The notes under the pieces: generated by a model | What the model was told of the DNA's origin: nothing | What the model saw: the letters and a program-made list of their open reading frames with translations, nothing else | Database searches by the model: none | Made by a program: the position numbers and the translations under genes | Shown: piece after piece, positions 28,132-37,596 of the stretch | Numbering within the stretch: position 1 is the stretch's first letter | Layout of the letters: each line of letters starts with the position of its first letter | Origin: Candidatus Micrarchaeia archaeon | GTDB taxonomy: Archaea; Micrarchaeota; Micrarchaeia; Anstonellales; Bilamarchaeaceae | DNA: 38,878 nucleotides | NCBI GenBank assembly: GCA_046538155.1 | Contig: JBKHJL010000006.1 | Span: 1 to 38,878 of the forward strand | Direction of reading: 5' to 3'

Positions 28132-28299
28132 ATGGCAAGCAAATTTATCATAGTCAAATGCAAATGCGGAAACGAGCAGAACATATTCAGCCATTCTTCC
28201 AGGCCAATAGACTGCAAAGTGTGCGGAAATAGGCTTGCTTCCCCCTCGGGCGGCAAGGCAATCATCACAAACGGGAAAATAGTAAAAGAGCTGGAATAA
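28132..28299 (+). CDS. rps27e: 30S ribosomal protein S27e (not in ORF track)
   Basis: Manual translation MASKFIIVKCKCGNEQNIFSHSSRPIDCKVCGNRLASPSGGKAIITNGKIVKELE. Conserved position after rpl44e. Confidence 0.93.
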   Translation: MASKFIIVKCKCGNEQNIFSHSSRPIDCKVCGNRLASPSGGKAIITNGKIVKELE

Positions 28300-28300
28300 T

Positions 28301-29047
28301 ATGAATGAAAAGTTTCCTGAAAAAAACGAGCTTGTTTTGGCAACCGTAAAGAAGATAATGCCCTATGGAGCGTTCCTTAACCTTTCAGAGTATGGGGGCA
28401 GGGAAGCCTTCATGCATATTTCTGAAGTGGCCCCCAGATGGATAAAAAACATCCACGAATTCCTTTCCGTGAACCAGAAGCTTGTTGTGCGGGTACACCG
28501 CATAGACCATGAAAAAAACCAGGTAGATGTTTCCCTGAAAAGAGTAAACGAGGACGAGAAAAAATGGAAACTGGACGAAGTGCGCAGGAAAACCCGGGCA
28601 AAAAAACTCCTGGAAGTGGCAGCAAAAAAAGCAAAATCCAGGAAAAACCCGGAAAAACTGGAAAGTGAGATACTGGAGCAATATGAAACCCTGTATGATT
28701 TCCTGGAAGAAATCAGGGACTCCGGAGAAGACGCCTTTGAGGGAATTGATGTAAAAGGTGCGCTTAGGGAAGAAATACTTAGAACTGTCCGGAAATATGT
28801 TAAGAAGCCGGTTATGGAAGTAAGCAGGATGCTCCACCTGAAATGCTATGAGCCTGACGGAGTGGAAGTTGTCCGCTCCGTGCTCGGGGGAATCGGAGCA
28901 CATTATGTCGGTCCGGGCAAATACCTGGTAAAGGTGGATGCAGAGGACTACAAGACCGCAAACAAGAAGATGGACAAGCTAATCAAATCAGTCAATAAAA
29001 AAATCGGCAAAAAGGACTGTGAATTCTCCGCAGAGGAGGAAAAATGA
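28301..29047 (+). CDS. eif2a: Translation initiation factor 2 subunit alpha
   Basis: S1 domain PEKNELVLATVKKIMPYGAF...HISEVAPRWIKNI...VDVSLKRV. Confidence 0.95.
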   Translation: MNEKFPEKNELVLATVKKIMPYGAFLNLSEYGGREAFMHISEVAPRWIKNIHEFLSVNQKLVVRVHRIDHEKNQVDVSLKRVNEDEKKWKLDEVRRKTRAKKLLEVAAKKAKSRKNPEKLESEILEQYETLYDFLEEIRDSGEDAFEGIDVKGALREEILRTVRKYVKKPVMEVSRMLHLKCYEPDGVEVVRSVLGGIGAHYVGPGKYLVKVDAEDYKTANKKMDKLIKSVNKKIGKKDCEFSAEEEK

Positions 29048-29199
29048 AAAAAATCAGGAAGTGTGCTTCCTGCGGGGAGTATACTCTGGAGGATGAACAC
29101 TGCGGAACCAAGACTGTTTCTGCCCACCCGCCAAAATATAACCCTAATGACAGATATGCAAAATACCGCAGAAAAGAAAAGGGGATTTCCAATGGATAA
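29044..29199 (+). CDS. nop10: H/ACA RNP protein Nop10 (not in ORF track)
   Basis: Manual translation MKKIRKCASCGEYTLEDEHCGTKTVSAHPPKYNPNDRYAKYRRKEKGISNG. Confidence 0.92.
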   Translation: MKKIRKCASCGEYTLEDEHCGTKTVSAHPPKYNPNDRYAKYRRKEKGISNG

Positions 29200-29944
29200 A
29201 ACAATAATAAAAGAAAAAAAAGGAGTTGAACTAAACAAGCCGGTAATGATTACCGGGCTGCCCGGGATAGGCCTTATCGGCCAGGTGGCGGCAAAATACA
29301 TGATAAAGAAGCTTAAAGGGGAGAAAATAGCTGAGATTTACTCTCCCCATTTCCCCCACCAGGTGCTGATGAGCAAAAAGGGCGGGCTGCGGCTCCTCAA
29401 AAACACCATTTACAAAATTAAAGGGAAAAAACAGGACCTGCTGGTAATAATTGGAGATGTGCAGGCAGTATCCAGCACCGGGCAGTATGAAGTCGCGGAA
29501 AAAATCCTGGAATATGCCGAGAAAAAAGAAGTGGGGACCATAATCACTATTGGGGGATACAGCACCGGGAAAGTAGGGGACAAGAGAAGGGTTTTTGGCT
29601 CTGCGAACAACAAAAGAGTGAAAAAAGAATTTGAGAAGAAGGGAATAATTTTCGGGGAAACAAAGGGCTCCATTGTTGGCGTCGCGGGGCTGGTGCCCGG
29701 ACTTGCCCGGCTCAGGAAAATAGACGGAATATGCATAATGGGTGAAACCCACGGAAGCTATGTTGACCACTCATCCGCAAAGAACGTGGTGGAAAAGCTC
29801 TCTGAAATACTCGGCTTTGAAATAGAGCTCGGGGAACTGGAAAAAGAAGCAAAAACAAGGGAAAGGGTGATTAAAAAAATAGAGCAGGAAGTGGAACAGC
29901 AGATGGGCAGTGGTGCTAAAAAGGATATTACATATATTAGATAA
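29192..29944 (+). CDS. PAC2 family proteasome assembly chaperone
   Basis: ITGLPGIGLIG, YSPHFPHQV, GDVQA, TIGGY, CIMGETHG and a C-terminal YIR. Start MDKTII at 29192. Confidence 0.9.
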   Translation: MDKTIIKEKKGVELNKPVMITGLPGIGLIGQVAAKYMIKKLKGEKIAEIYSPHFPHQVLMSKKGGLRLLKNTIYKIKGKKQDLLVIIGDVQAVSSTGQYEVAEKILEYAEKKEVGTIITIGGYSTGKVGDKRRVFGSANNKRVKKEFEKKGIIFGETKGSIVGVAGLVPGLARLRKIDGICIMGETHGSYVDHSSAKNVVEKLSEILGFEIELGELEKEAKTRERVIKKIEQEVEQQMGSGAKKDITYIR

Positions 29945-29953
29945 GGTGAAGAT

Positions 29954-30190
29954 ATGAAAGGACAGGTATCTGCGGAAATGCTGATACTGCTTGCAGTGGT
30001 TGTGGCAATAGTTGCAATCGCCGCGGCATACATGATGCAGCTTGGGGAAGAATCAGGCCAGAGCGTACAGGAGAGCGGCCAGGCGGTGCTTCACAAGGCG
30101 GAGGCAACGGCAAAGGGGAAAGCAGGGGACCCCTGTATAGAAGGGTCTGACTGTATATCAGGAAGCTGCAAAGGGAACGTATGCTCATGA
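29954..30190 (+). CDS. Class III signal peptide protein (type IV pilin-like) with Cys-rich C-terminus
   Basis: MKG/QVSAEMLILLAVVVAIV matches the KG-QxSxE prepilin motif. AGGTGA RBS. Confidence 0.85.
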   Translation: MKGQVSAEMLILLAVVVAIVAIAAAYMMQLGEESGQSVQESGQAVLHKAEATAKGKAGDPCIEGSDCISGSCKGNVCS

Positions 30191-30567
30191 AGGGCCAGGC
30201 AACAGTTGAATACCTGCTTGTTTTTTCCATAGGCCTTGCCCTTATTGCATTTGCAATTGGGGCGCTTTCCATAATAAAAAATACTGAAAACAGGCTGGCT
30301 TCCCTTGAGCAGGCAGAGATTGCTGTGGCTTCCCTCAAAAGTGCTGGGGACGAGGTTTGTGCCCTGGGGGACGGGAATTCGCGGGTTGTAGAGCTTGGAT
30401 GGGAAGTTGAGCTGGAGTGCTCCGGGAATGCAGTGAAGGCACATGCCGGAAACCAGAGTGCGGTTGGAGGACTTGAACACTGCGATGTTTCCTGCTATGG
30501 GAGCGGAGAAAAATTTGAAGTTTCCAATTCTTACGGAAGAATAGAGATAGAAGAATCAGCTCCGTGA
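30187..30567 (+). CDS. Class III signal peptide protein (type IV pilin-like)
   Basis: MKG/QATVEYLLVFSIGLALI. ATGA overlap with the preceding pilin. Confidence 0.85.
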   Translation: MKGQATVEYLLVFSIGLALIAFAIGALSIIKNTENRLASLEQAEIAVASLKSAGDEVCALGDGNSRVVELGWEVELECSGNAVKAHAGNQSAVGGLEHCDVSCYGSGEKFEVSNSYGRIEIEESAP

Positions 30568-31914
30568 TTCTATCCAGAATGTGAGGTCCGGGTGGACCTT
30601 TTGTATTTCCTGGAGCATTCCGTTTGCTATTTCCCTTATTGTGAAATGCGCCCAGGGAGTTGTGCGCAACCTGATGAAGTGGTTGAGCTCGCGCAGATTC
30701 ATGGTCGCAAGGCAGCGGCGGTAGTGGGCATTCGTTGCAATGTATCCTGCTGCATAGGGAAAATCTTTTTCCATTTCCCTGAAGGTTGCGGTTGCCTTGT
30801 CTAGGGCCGCTGAGTATTCAGATTCTAAACCGGCTTTTTTGATGTCTTCCGGAGTATGGTAACCTAAATGCACAGTGGGTTTCTGGGGAGTAAGGGTCAG
30901 CATGCGGTGCCGCTTGAATTCTGCATATGCACCCTGGTCCATTACCAAATCAAAAGTACAGTATGCATGCTCAAATTCACGCATGGGGGGCTCCCTGGAA
31001 ATCTTTTCAAGGGCTTTCTGGATTGTGGCTTTGCGCTCTTCCCTGCTCATCTTCTTTGCGCGCGCTTCTGCATCTGCGAACGAGAGCCCGGAGTATCTGT
31101 AGAGGAATGCAGAAACAATTTTCTCAAGCGCAGCCTTTTCATAAGAAACTAATTCTACCTTTTTGCTGAAGCTGCTGCGCTGGTCCCAGAGTTCTGAGTG
31201 GAACTGGATTCGGGTTTCCTGCAGGTAGGTGCTGACTTCCGGATTTCCGGTAAGGGTTGGGAGGACTTCGCGCGAAGCATTCTCCATCTCCTTTCCGATT
31301 TCCCGGACTTCCTGCAGTGGAGAAGAGAGCATCTTGGTAAGCGCGTGCATAAGGGTGCGGGAATTGAACGTGATGCCTACGTTTGCAAGAGTTGCATTGG
31401 GAAGGAGGAAGCGGGCGTTGTCCAGGGCCTTGAGCTTGAGATTGGCTTCGTGTCTCTTTTCTGATTCCTCCTCTTTCCTTGGAACAGTTTTGCGGTAATA
31501 CCCAGTCATGGAAGCGAGAATGGAATCATAGGTGGAGAACAGAAGGTCAATTGCTTCCTTGTAATCATCCTCATAGCAGGTTCCCCTGAGTTCCCTGGGA
31601 TAGTGGACATGCTCTTTATCCAGTTCCTGGTACCGGGTGGATTTTTCCGTATATGCTCCTAGGCGGTTTGATTCTATACATTCTACGGAAAGGCGGGAGA
31701 TGTTTTCTGCGGCAATGTGGAGGGAGGCATGCTCCGCAACACTCCCGTGCCCGAACCTGAGCACCCATTTCTCATGGAATTCCTTAGCCGACTCCTGGTC
31801 CAGCTCAGAAATGATTTTATCAAATGGTTCGGGGCTCCTGCTGGTTTTTGCAAACGCAACAGAAACCATCTCCTCGGGATAATCCTTAAGTGAATAGACT
31901 CTTCTTTCAGGCAT
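30556..31914 (-). CDS. thyX: FAD-dependent thymidylate synthase with tandem Thy1 domains
   Basis: FGHGSVAEH, EKSTRY, ARFLLP in the first half. REFEH, KRHR, MNLRELNHFIRLR and AHFTIR in the second half. Confidence 0.9.
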   Translation of the reverse strand: MPERRVYSLKDYPEEMVSVAFAKTSRSPEPFDKIISELDQESAKEFHEKWVLRFGHGSVAEHASLHIAAENISRLSVECIESNRLGAYTEKSTRYQELDKEHVHYPRELRGTCYEDDYKEAIDLLFSTYDSILASMTGYYRKTVPRKEEESEKRHEANLKLKALDNARFLLPNATLANVGITFNSRTLMHALTKMLSSPLQEVREIGKEMENASREVLPTLTGNPEVSTYLQETRIQFHSELWDQRSSFSKKVELVSYEKAALEKIVSAFLYRYSGLSFADAEARAKKMSREERKATIQKALEKISREPPMREFEHAYCTFDLVMDQGAYAEFKRHRMLTLTPQKPTVHLGYHTPEDIKKAGLESEYSAALDKATATFREMEKDFPYAAGYIATNAHYRRCLATMNLRELNHFIRLRTTPWAHFTIREIANGMLQEIQKVHPDLTFWIESRS

Positions 31915-31974
31915 CCTCTCACCGCAAAAGGGAAGATGATTAGGTGGGGGAGTTTTAAAAGCGTGGCGGAACCC

Positions 31975-32229
31975 TTATTTTTTCACAACAAAATTCTTTG
32001 GGCCCTTTCCATTTGGAAAAAAGAAACCGGTTGGTGCACGGATTGGAAAATCCACTTCATTTGCAACGCGCATCAGTTCAGAGATGATTATTGGCTGGTC
32101 GGTTTCAAGAAAATAGTATTTTCCAAATGCAGAATCCTCCTTCTTCAGGTTGAATTTGTGCTTCTGGATCATACCGGAAACCCTCACCCTGATTTCGGCA
32201 GAACCCTTCTTTATTATCTTCTTGTCCAT
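31975..32229 (-). CDS. Hypothetical protein (84 aa)
   Basis: Clean ORF that fills the gap, with a TATA-like box upstream. No motif recognised. Confidence 0.65.
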   Translation of the reverse strand: MDKKIIKKGSAEIRVRVSGMIQKHKFNLKKEDSAFGKYYFLETDQPIIISELMRVANEVDFPIRAPTGFFFPNGKGPKNFVVKK

Positions 32230-32342
32230 TGGGAATCAGTGAGGTTAGAAAGCGAAATACTTTAAAGAGGTATCCCTGGATTTTTCGGGGTGGGGCGAAA
32301 TATGTGCGCAGTATTTAAATGAGTTGGAGGAGTTCTCCGGGC

Positions 32343-35300
32343 ATGTACAGAAAATTCGTAATTATTCTTGCACTTCTTGGAATGGCCAGCGCAATGTGGA
32401 TAAATACTGCAGAAGAATACCTCCCGGGGGAAACAATATTCATAACCATCAGCCAGGCAGAGGATACCCTTTCCCTTGATATTTACAACAACAGTGGGGA
32501 AAGCGTATTCCACGAAACAAGGGCAGTGGAATCAGGCCAGCAGTATTATTATTCGCGGGAAACATTTGAAACAAAACTCGAGTCAGGAGAATACCGGATA
32601 GTTGCAAGGGACGACCTTGAAGAGGAAACGGCAGAAATACTGGTCACCTCCCTCGGAATCATGGCAGTTATCGGGCCCGAAGGGAAGGGGGCGCTTCTTT
32701 CAAAAGAGGACGGGAGTGCCATAGAAGGGGGGGCGATAACCCTGCATTACAATGCAAGCGGCAAAACCTGGGAAAATACCACAGTTTCCGGAAAAAACGG
32801 AATTTTCAGTTTTGACGGAAATGGCCTGGCCAGAATAACTGCAGAGCACCAGGGAGAGAAGGCAGAGCTTGTTCTGGGATATTATGGTTATACCGAGCCT
32901 TACTGGAGGAATGGAGAAAGGCATTCCAGCTACATATTCAGCGACAAAAGGCTTTACCAGCCTGGGGAAACCGTGCACCTTTCAGCAGTGATATTCAAGG
33001 AGAACAATGACAGCTATGAAACAGTCGGGGGTGAATTTGATGTGGAGATAAGCGGGCCAGAATATGATGTTGTTTACTCCCGGCCGGTTTCCGCGGTGAA
33101 CTCCAGGATAAGCCTTGATTTTCCTGTTGACGGGGAGGCGCCGCTTGGATGGTACTCCGTAAGCCTGAGAAAAAATGACAGTTATGTTGGCTGGTACAAC
33201 TTTGAAGTCCAGGAATATGACCGGCCGGAAATAGATGTGAGCCTCAAGCCGCAGGAAGAAGTGTTTCCGGTAAATGGAACAGTTCGAGTAGATGTTGAAA
33301 CCGAGTATTATTTTGGCGGGCCTGTGGATGCAGAAGTGAAATTTGAGATATACCGGGCACCCCACTACTGGCCACTGTTTGATGCCTACCGCTGCTGCAC
33401 CCCCTATTGGCAACCTGAAAAAGTCGCAGAAGGGCTGGTTTATACGGAAAACGGAGAGGGCCTGATTACCTGGAACGGAACAAACCAGACAGGGGATTAC
33501 ACAGTAAAGGTGGAAGTTACAGACGAAAGCGAAATAATCAGTGAGGCAGAGGCGGGATTCACGGTCCTGGAGGAGGTAAACCTGCAGGCACTGCTTCCCA
33601 CCATGAAGGCGAACAAAACAAGCGCAATAACCATCCTTGCATTTGACCGGGAGGATGAGCCCCTGAACATATCAGGTGAATTAAGAATTTACAAGGGATA
33701 TTATTATAGAGAAGAAAACGAAAGCAGGGAAACTGTTTTTGAAACAAATTTTAGCACTCTGGATGGTGCTTTCGCATTTAATTTTACCCCTGAAGAATAT
33801 GGGGATTATACCTTGGAAGCAGAGGCAGGCGGAGCGGCCCTGAAGGAACATTTCTACATCTCTGCATGGGACTGGTGGAACTGGAACCACCTGGAAGCCG
33901 AACTGGACAAGGAGGAATATATGGAAGGAGAGGAAATTTCCCTGCAGGTAACCTCCCCTGTTGGGGGGCGGATGCTCCTTGTTTCAATCGGTTCAGGACC
34001 GGAGATAAGGGAATTTGAAATAAACCCTGGGAGGAACACCCTCCTGCTGGAGGCAGGGCAGACAACCCTTCTTTATCCATATGTGATACAGGATGGAGAA
34101 AGATACGGGGGGTATGCAAATTACATTGTGCGGGGGGATGACTGGATTAAAGTCAATATCTCCCATGAGGAGGCATATAGACCGGGAGGGGTTGCAAGGA
34201 TAGTGATTGATGCCGAGAAGGGGGGGAACAGGGCAAATGCGGCCGCCTCCATAGCAATTGTTGACCAGGCAATAGTGGACCTCTCAGGTGGGGAATGGAA
34301 TGACATCTACAAATACTTTTACCAAACCCCGCTTGAGGACTACAGCATAAGGTTCAGCTGGGAAGGGATGTACTTTCCAAGGCCCATGGTGATGGCAGAG
34401 GATGCTGCTTATGGGAAAGAAGTGCCTGAAAGCGGTGCCGGAGCAGAAGAAGAGGAAGTTGAGATAAGGGAGAAGTTCCCGGAAACTGCATTATGGATTC
34501 CATACCTGATACTGGAAGGGGGCAAAAAGGAAGTAATCTGGCATATCCCTGATTCCCTTACCACCTGGAACATTACAGTAATTGCAAACGAGGGAACTGC
34601 GGTGGGAATGGGCACCAGCAACGTGCTTGTTACAAAGGAGGTGATAGGGAGGATGAGCCCGCCCTCCTCGCTCGTGGTGGAGGATGTGGCATCCATACCT
34701 GTAACCGTATTCAACTACGGGGAAGAGCGTGAAACATTTGGTGTGGAGATGGAATGCAGCAGCAACCTGCTGATTCTGGGGAGCCCGGTGAGGTATGTGA
34801 GCCTTGAGCCGGGAGAGTCTGTAACCAGATACATACCGGTAAAAGCGCTTGAAAGGGGAGAAGGCGAACTCCTGCTCAGGGTTGATGGGGGAGAGGGTGA
34901 TGCGCTCAGGCTGGACCTTGAAATAAAGGAAAACGGAGTGGAAATACTGGAGGGGAAATCCGGGATTGTTTCAGGGGATTCCGGGGAATTTGGATATTCT
35001 TCACCTGAGGATGGGGAAACCACCCTATACCTGCATTCCAGCATACTCTCTTCTGCTTTTGAAAGCCTGGATTACCTTGTAAACTATCCATATGGGTGCA
35101 TAGAGCAGACCATGAGCGGATTCCTTCCCAACGTGGTGCTGGTTTATTCTATGGAAGAGCTGGGGGTGGAATACCAGGGGGAGGAAAACTTGACCGGGCT
35201 TCTGGACGAGGGGCTTGAGAGAATATACATGCACCAGAACCCTGATGGAAGCTGGGGTTGGTTCAGGGGGCAGGATGAAAGGATAAGTGCTTATGTTATG

Positions 35301-36623
35301 CATGGGCTATATATTGCAAAAAAAACTGGAATCCGCGTGGATAAGGATGTTTATGGTTCCGGGCTCTCATGGCTTGAAGGCGCAGAAAGCCCCTATGCAC
35401 TCTTCGTGCTCAAAAAAATAGAACCCTCCATGGTTGGAGAATACCCTGAAGGGGAATTCGGGGCACTTGCAGAATGTGAGGGTGGTAAGTGTGGGCGGCT
35501 GATTTCAATGCTGGACTGTGCAGGGGACTACTGCAGTCTGGAATATAGTGAAGAGTACCAGTGGTACCACACTAAAACTGAGATGACTGCATATGCCCTG
35601 GAAACACTTGTGGGCGCCGGTGAAGACGAAGCTGCGGCAAAATGCGTGAACTGGCTGATGGCCAACAAGGGAGGGAGATATTGGAGAAGTACAAAGGACA
35701 CTGCACTCTCCGTGCTGTCCCTTGCAGAATATGCAAAAAGCACCGGTGAGCTGAGATCGGATTACATTGCAACCGTTTTCCTGGATGGTGAAGAAACCTA
35801 CCAGGAGAGGCTTGGCCACAAAAGCATTGAAGAGGGGGTGGTTGTTCTTCCGGCCGGAAAACATGAGATAAAAATAACAAAAGAGGGCTACGGGCCGCTT
35901 TACTATACTCTGGAAAAAAGATACTGGACAGAAGATGTGCCTGAAGGAGAAATACAGGTTGAGCGGGATTACAGCAAAACCGTTGCCAAAGTAGGGGACA
36001 CAATAAACGTTACCCTGAAGATAAACGGAAGCGGGGAATACGTTGCAATAGAGGACCCGATTCCGATGGGCGCAGAAATAGTTGAAAATGGTGGAAGAGA
36101 CTGGTGGTACTATGGCGGGTACAGGATGGAAGCAAGAAAAGACCGGGCAGTATTTTTCTTTGACCGACTGGAGAATGATAAAGTCAGCTATACCCTGAGG
36201 GTAACCCACAAAGGAGACTACACCGCACTACCTGCCCATGCGTATAACATGTATGCCCCAGAAGTTGGAGGGTACTCAGGATTTAAAGAGTTTACATTTT
36301 ATGAAAAGGTGCGCATTGAGCCACATATTACAGAAGAAAATACCACACTGGTTGTGGAATGGGAGGGCGACACCCCAGCTACACTAACGATTTATTCGGA
36401 AGAGGGTAAAACTGAACACAATGTTAGCCCCGGGAAAACTGAGATTTTTGTGGAAAGTGCAGAAATAAGCTATGAGTTTGAATCAGAAGAAGAATATCAT
36501 GAAGCTGAACTGGGCAGGGAAAGGGGAGCAGATTCCGGGACTGGTTCAGAAGGAGATATTTACCTGCTTGGCCTGGCGGTTATTATTGGGGTGATTGCCT
36601 TTCTTTATCTTTGGAAGGGTTAG
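32343..36623 (+). CDS. Alpha-2-macroglobulin family thioester protein with signal peptide and C-terminal TM anchor
   Basis: IFSDKRLYQPGETVH (MG2), FEVQEYDRPE, IREKFPETALW, PDSLTTW, thioester YPYGCIEQTMS, QNPDGSWGWF, WRSTKDT, PAHAYNMYAPE. GGAGGAG precedes ATG 32343. Confidence 0.95.
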   Translation: MYRKFVIILALLGMASAMWINTAEEYLPGETIFITISQAEDTLSLDIYNNSGESVFHETRAVESGQQYYYSRETFETKLESGEYRIVARDDLEEETAEILVTSLGIMAVIGPEGKGALLSKEDGSAIEGGAITLHYNASGKTWENTTVSGKNGIFSFDGNGLARITAEHQGEKAELVLGYYGYTEPYWRNGERHSSYIFSDKRLYQPGETVHLSAVIFKENNDSYETVGGEFDVEISGPEYDVVYSRPVSAVNSRISLDFPVDGEAPLGWYSVSLRKNDSYVGWYNFEVQEYDRPEIDVSLKPQEEVFPVNGTVRVDVETEYYFGGPVDAEVKFEIYRAPHYWPLFDAYRCCTPYWQPEKVAEGLVYTENGEGLITWNGTNQTGDYTVKVEVTDESEIISEAEAGFTVLEEVNLQALLPTMKANKTSAITILAFDREDEPLNISGELRIYKGYYYREENESRETVFETNFSTLDGAFAFNFTPEEYGDYTLEAEAGGAALKEHFYISAWDWWNWNHLEAELDKEEYMEGEEISLQVTSPVGGRMLLVSIGSGPEIREFEINPGRNTLLLEAGQTTLLYPYVIQDGERYGGYANYIVRGDDWIKVNISHEEAYRPGGVARIVIDAEKGGNRANAAASIAIVDQAIVDLSGGEWNDIYKYFYQTPLEDYSIRFSWEGMYFPRPMVMAEDAAYGKEVPESGAGAEEEEVEIREKFPETALWIPYLILEGGKKEVIWHIPDSLTTWNITVIANEGTAVGMGTSNVLVTKEVIGRMSPPSSLVVEDVASIPVTVFNYGEERETFGVEMECSSNLLILGSPVRYVSLEPGESVTRYIPVKALERGEGELLLRVDGGEGDALRLDLEIKENGVEILEGKSGIVSGDSGEFGYSSPEDGETTLYLHSSILSSAFESLDYLVNYPYGCIEQTMSGFLPNVVLVYSMEELGVEYQGEENLTGLLDEGLERIYMHQNPDGSWGWFRGQDERISAYVMHGLYIAKKTGIRVDKDVYGSGLSWLEGAESPYALFVLKKIEPSMVGEYPEGEFGALAECEGGKCGRLISMLDCAGDYCSLEYSEEYQWYHTKTEMTAYALETLVGAGEDEAAAKCVNWLMANKGGRYWRSTKDTALSVLSLAEYAKSTGELRSDYIATVFLDGEETYQERLGHKSIEEGVVVLPAGKHEIKITKEGYGPLYYTLEKRYWTEDVPEGEIQVERDYSKTVAKVGDTINVTLKINGSGEYVAIEDPIPMGAEIVENGGRDWWYYGGYRMEARKDRAVFFFDRLENDKVSYTLRVTHKGDYTALPAHAYNMYAPEVGGYSGFKEFTFYEKVRIEPHITEENTTLVVEWEGDTPATLTIYSEEGKTEHNVSPGKTEIFVESAEISYEFESEEEYHEAELGRERGADSGTGSEGDIYLLGLAVIIGVIAFLYLWKG

Positions 36624-37315
36624 GGGACAACTGCAAACTTCATTGTTTTGCGGTGCCTAGAAACCCTTACCTTCTCCCCTTTCTTTAGCTTTATCTCCTT
36701 TTTACCATCTATCACAAGGTGGGCGGGATTTGGGGAAGAGAGAAATATTCTGTGAGTAGGCCCAACAACAACAGGGTCAAAAAGCCTCTTGTCCGGGGCA
36801 ACCGGCACAATTCCTATCGCTTCTATTGAGGGCTCTATTACCGGGCCCCCTGCAGAATATGCATATGCTGTTGACCCGGTAGGGCTTGAAACTACCACTC
36901 CGTCTGCATCAAAGCAGTACTCATCACCGTTTATCCCAACGGAAACAGTTATGACATCATGGTTCCTGGACATAAGAGCACCATCATTAAGCGCGGTGTA
37001 CTTCTTCTTCCTGTGGATAATCTCAAGCATCATCCTCTCTTCATATGACGGTTTTGAAACCAGCGCTGAGAGAACCTCTCTCCAGTTATCCCTGGTAGAC
37101 TGGCAGATAAAGCTCTTCTCGCTCCCTATCCCGAATACCAGGCCCTCAAGCTTTTCCCGGTGGTAGATTATTGTTCCGTCTCCGCCTATCACAATAGTAA
37201 AATCCGGCCTTGACTTTACCACCCTGATTTTCTTTTGCTTCAGGAAACTCTTCACTTCTTCCGCGGCCTTTATTGCCCACTTCTTAGTTGAATTCCAGAT
37301 AACCTTCACCTTCAT
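36620..37315 (-). CDS. nadK: NAD(+) kinase
   Basis: IGGDGT, ALND, DGVVVSSPTGSTAYAYSAGGP, VIDG. Likely start MKVKVIW at 37315 with AGGTGG RBS. Confidence 0.93.
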   Translation of the reverse strand: MKVKVIWNSTKKWAIKAAEEVKSFLKQKKIRVVKSRPDFTIVIGGDGTIIYHREKLEGLVFGIGSEKSFICQSTRDNWREVLSALVSKPSYEERMMLEIIHRKKKYTALNDGALMSRNHDVITVSVGINGDEYCFDADGVVVSSPTGSTAYAYSAGGPVIEPSIEAIGIVPVAPDKRLFDPVVVGPTHRIFLSSPNPAHLVIDGKKEIKLKKGEKVRVSRHRKTMKFAVVP

Positions 37316-37562
37316 TAAACCACCTGAACACAAACATTTCTTTCCCATTGCCCGTCCAGCTCAAAAAGAAGTCCCTCCGCCAGGCGCCCGGTGCAGGATT
37401 GTTAGCATCCGTGGGGATTAAGACAGAATTTCCTGCTAAAGAGATGAAGATGTGTGGCACATAAACCGTACAGAGGCCCTCCTCAGCAATAACTGAAGGG
37501 ACTTCACCAATTATGTCCGGGGCCTCCACTCCTTCGGGCGGGCTCAGGGAAAAACTGTGCAT
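37284..37562 (-). CDS. Possible leaderless 92-aa hypothetical protein (alternatively a structured RNA)
   Basis: ATG about 20 nt after TTTTAATT. Overlaps the nadK start by 32 nt. No motif recognised. Confidence 0.4.
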   Translation of the reverse strand: MHSFSLSPPEGVEAPDIIGEVPSVIAEEGLCTVYVPHIFISLAGNSVLIPTDANNPAPGAWRRDFFLSWTGNGKEMFVFRWFNEGEGYLEFN

Positions 37563-37596
37563 AGATGGATGGGGCAAACAAAAATTAAAACACTTC

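Noticed and set aside
28159..28167. CKC in place of CxxC in S27e
   Set aside because: A small in-frame variation in a zinc knuckle that is known to vary. The gene is otherwise intact.
29063..29191. N-terminal extension of the PAC2 ORF
   Set aside because: This region is occupied by nop10 in another frame, so the true PAC2 start is 29192.
37350..37543. Firm call as RNase P or SRP RNA
   Set aside because: It lacks GAGGAAAGUCC with the bulged U, the ACAGAA element and the SRP helix 8 motif. Kept only as an unassigned candidate.
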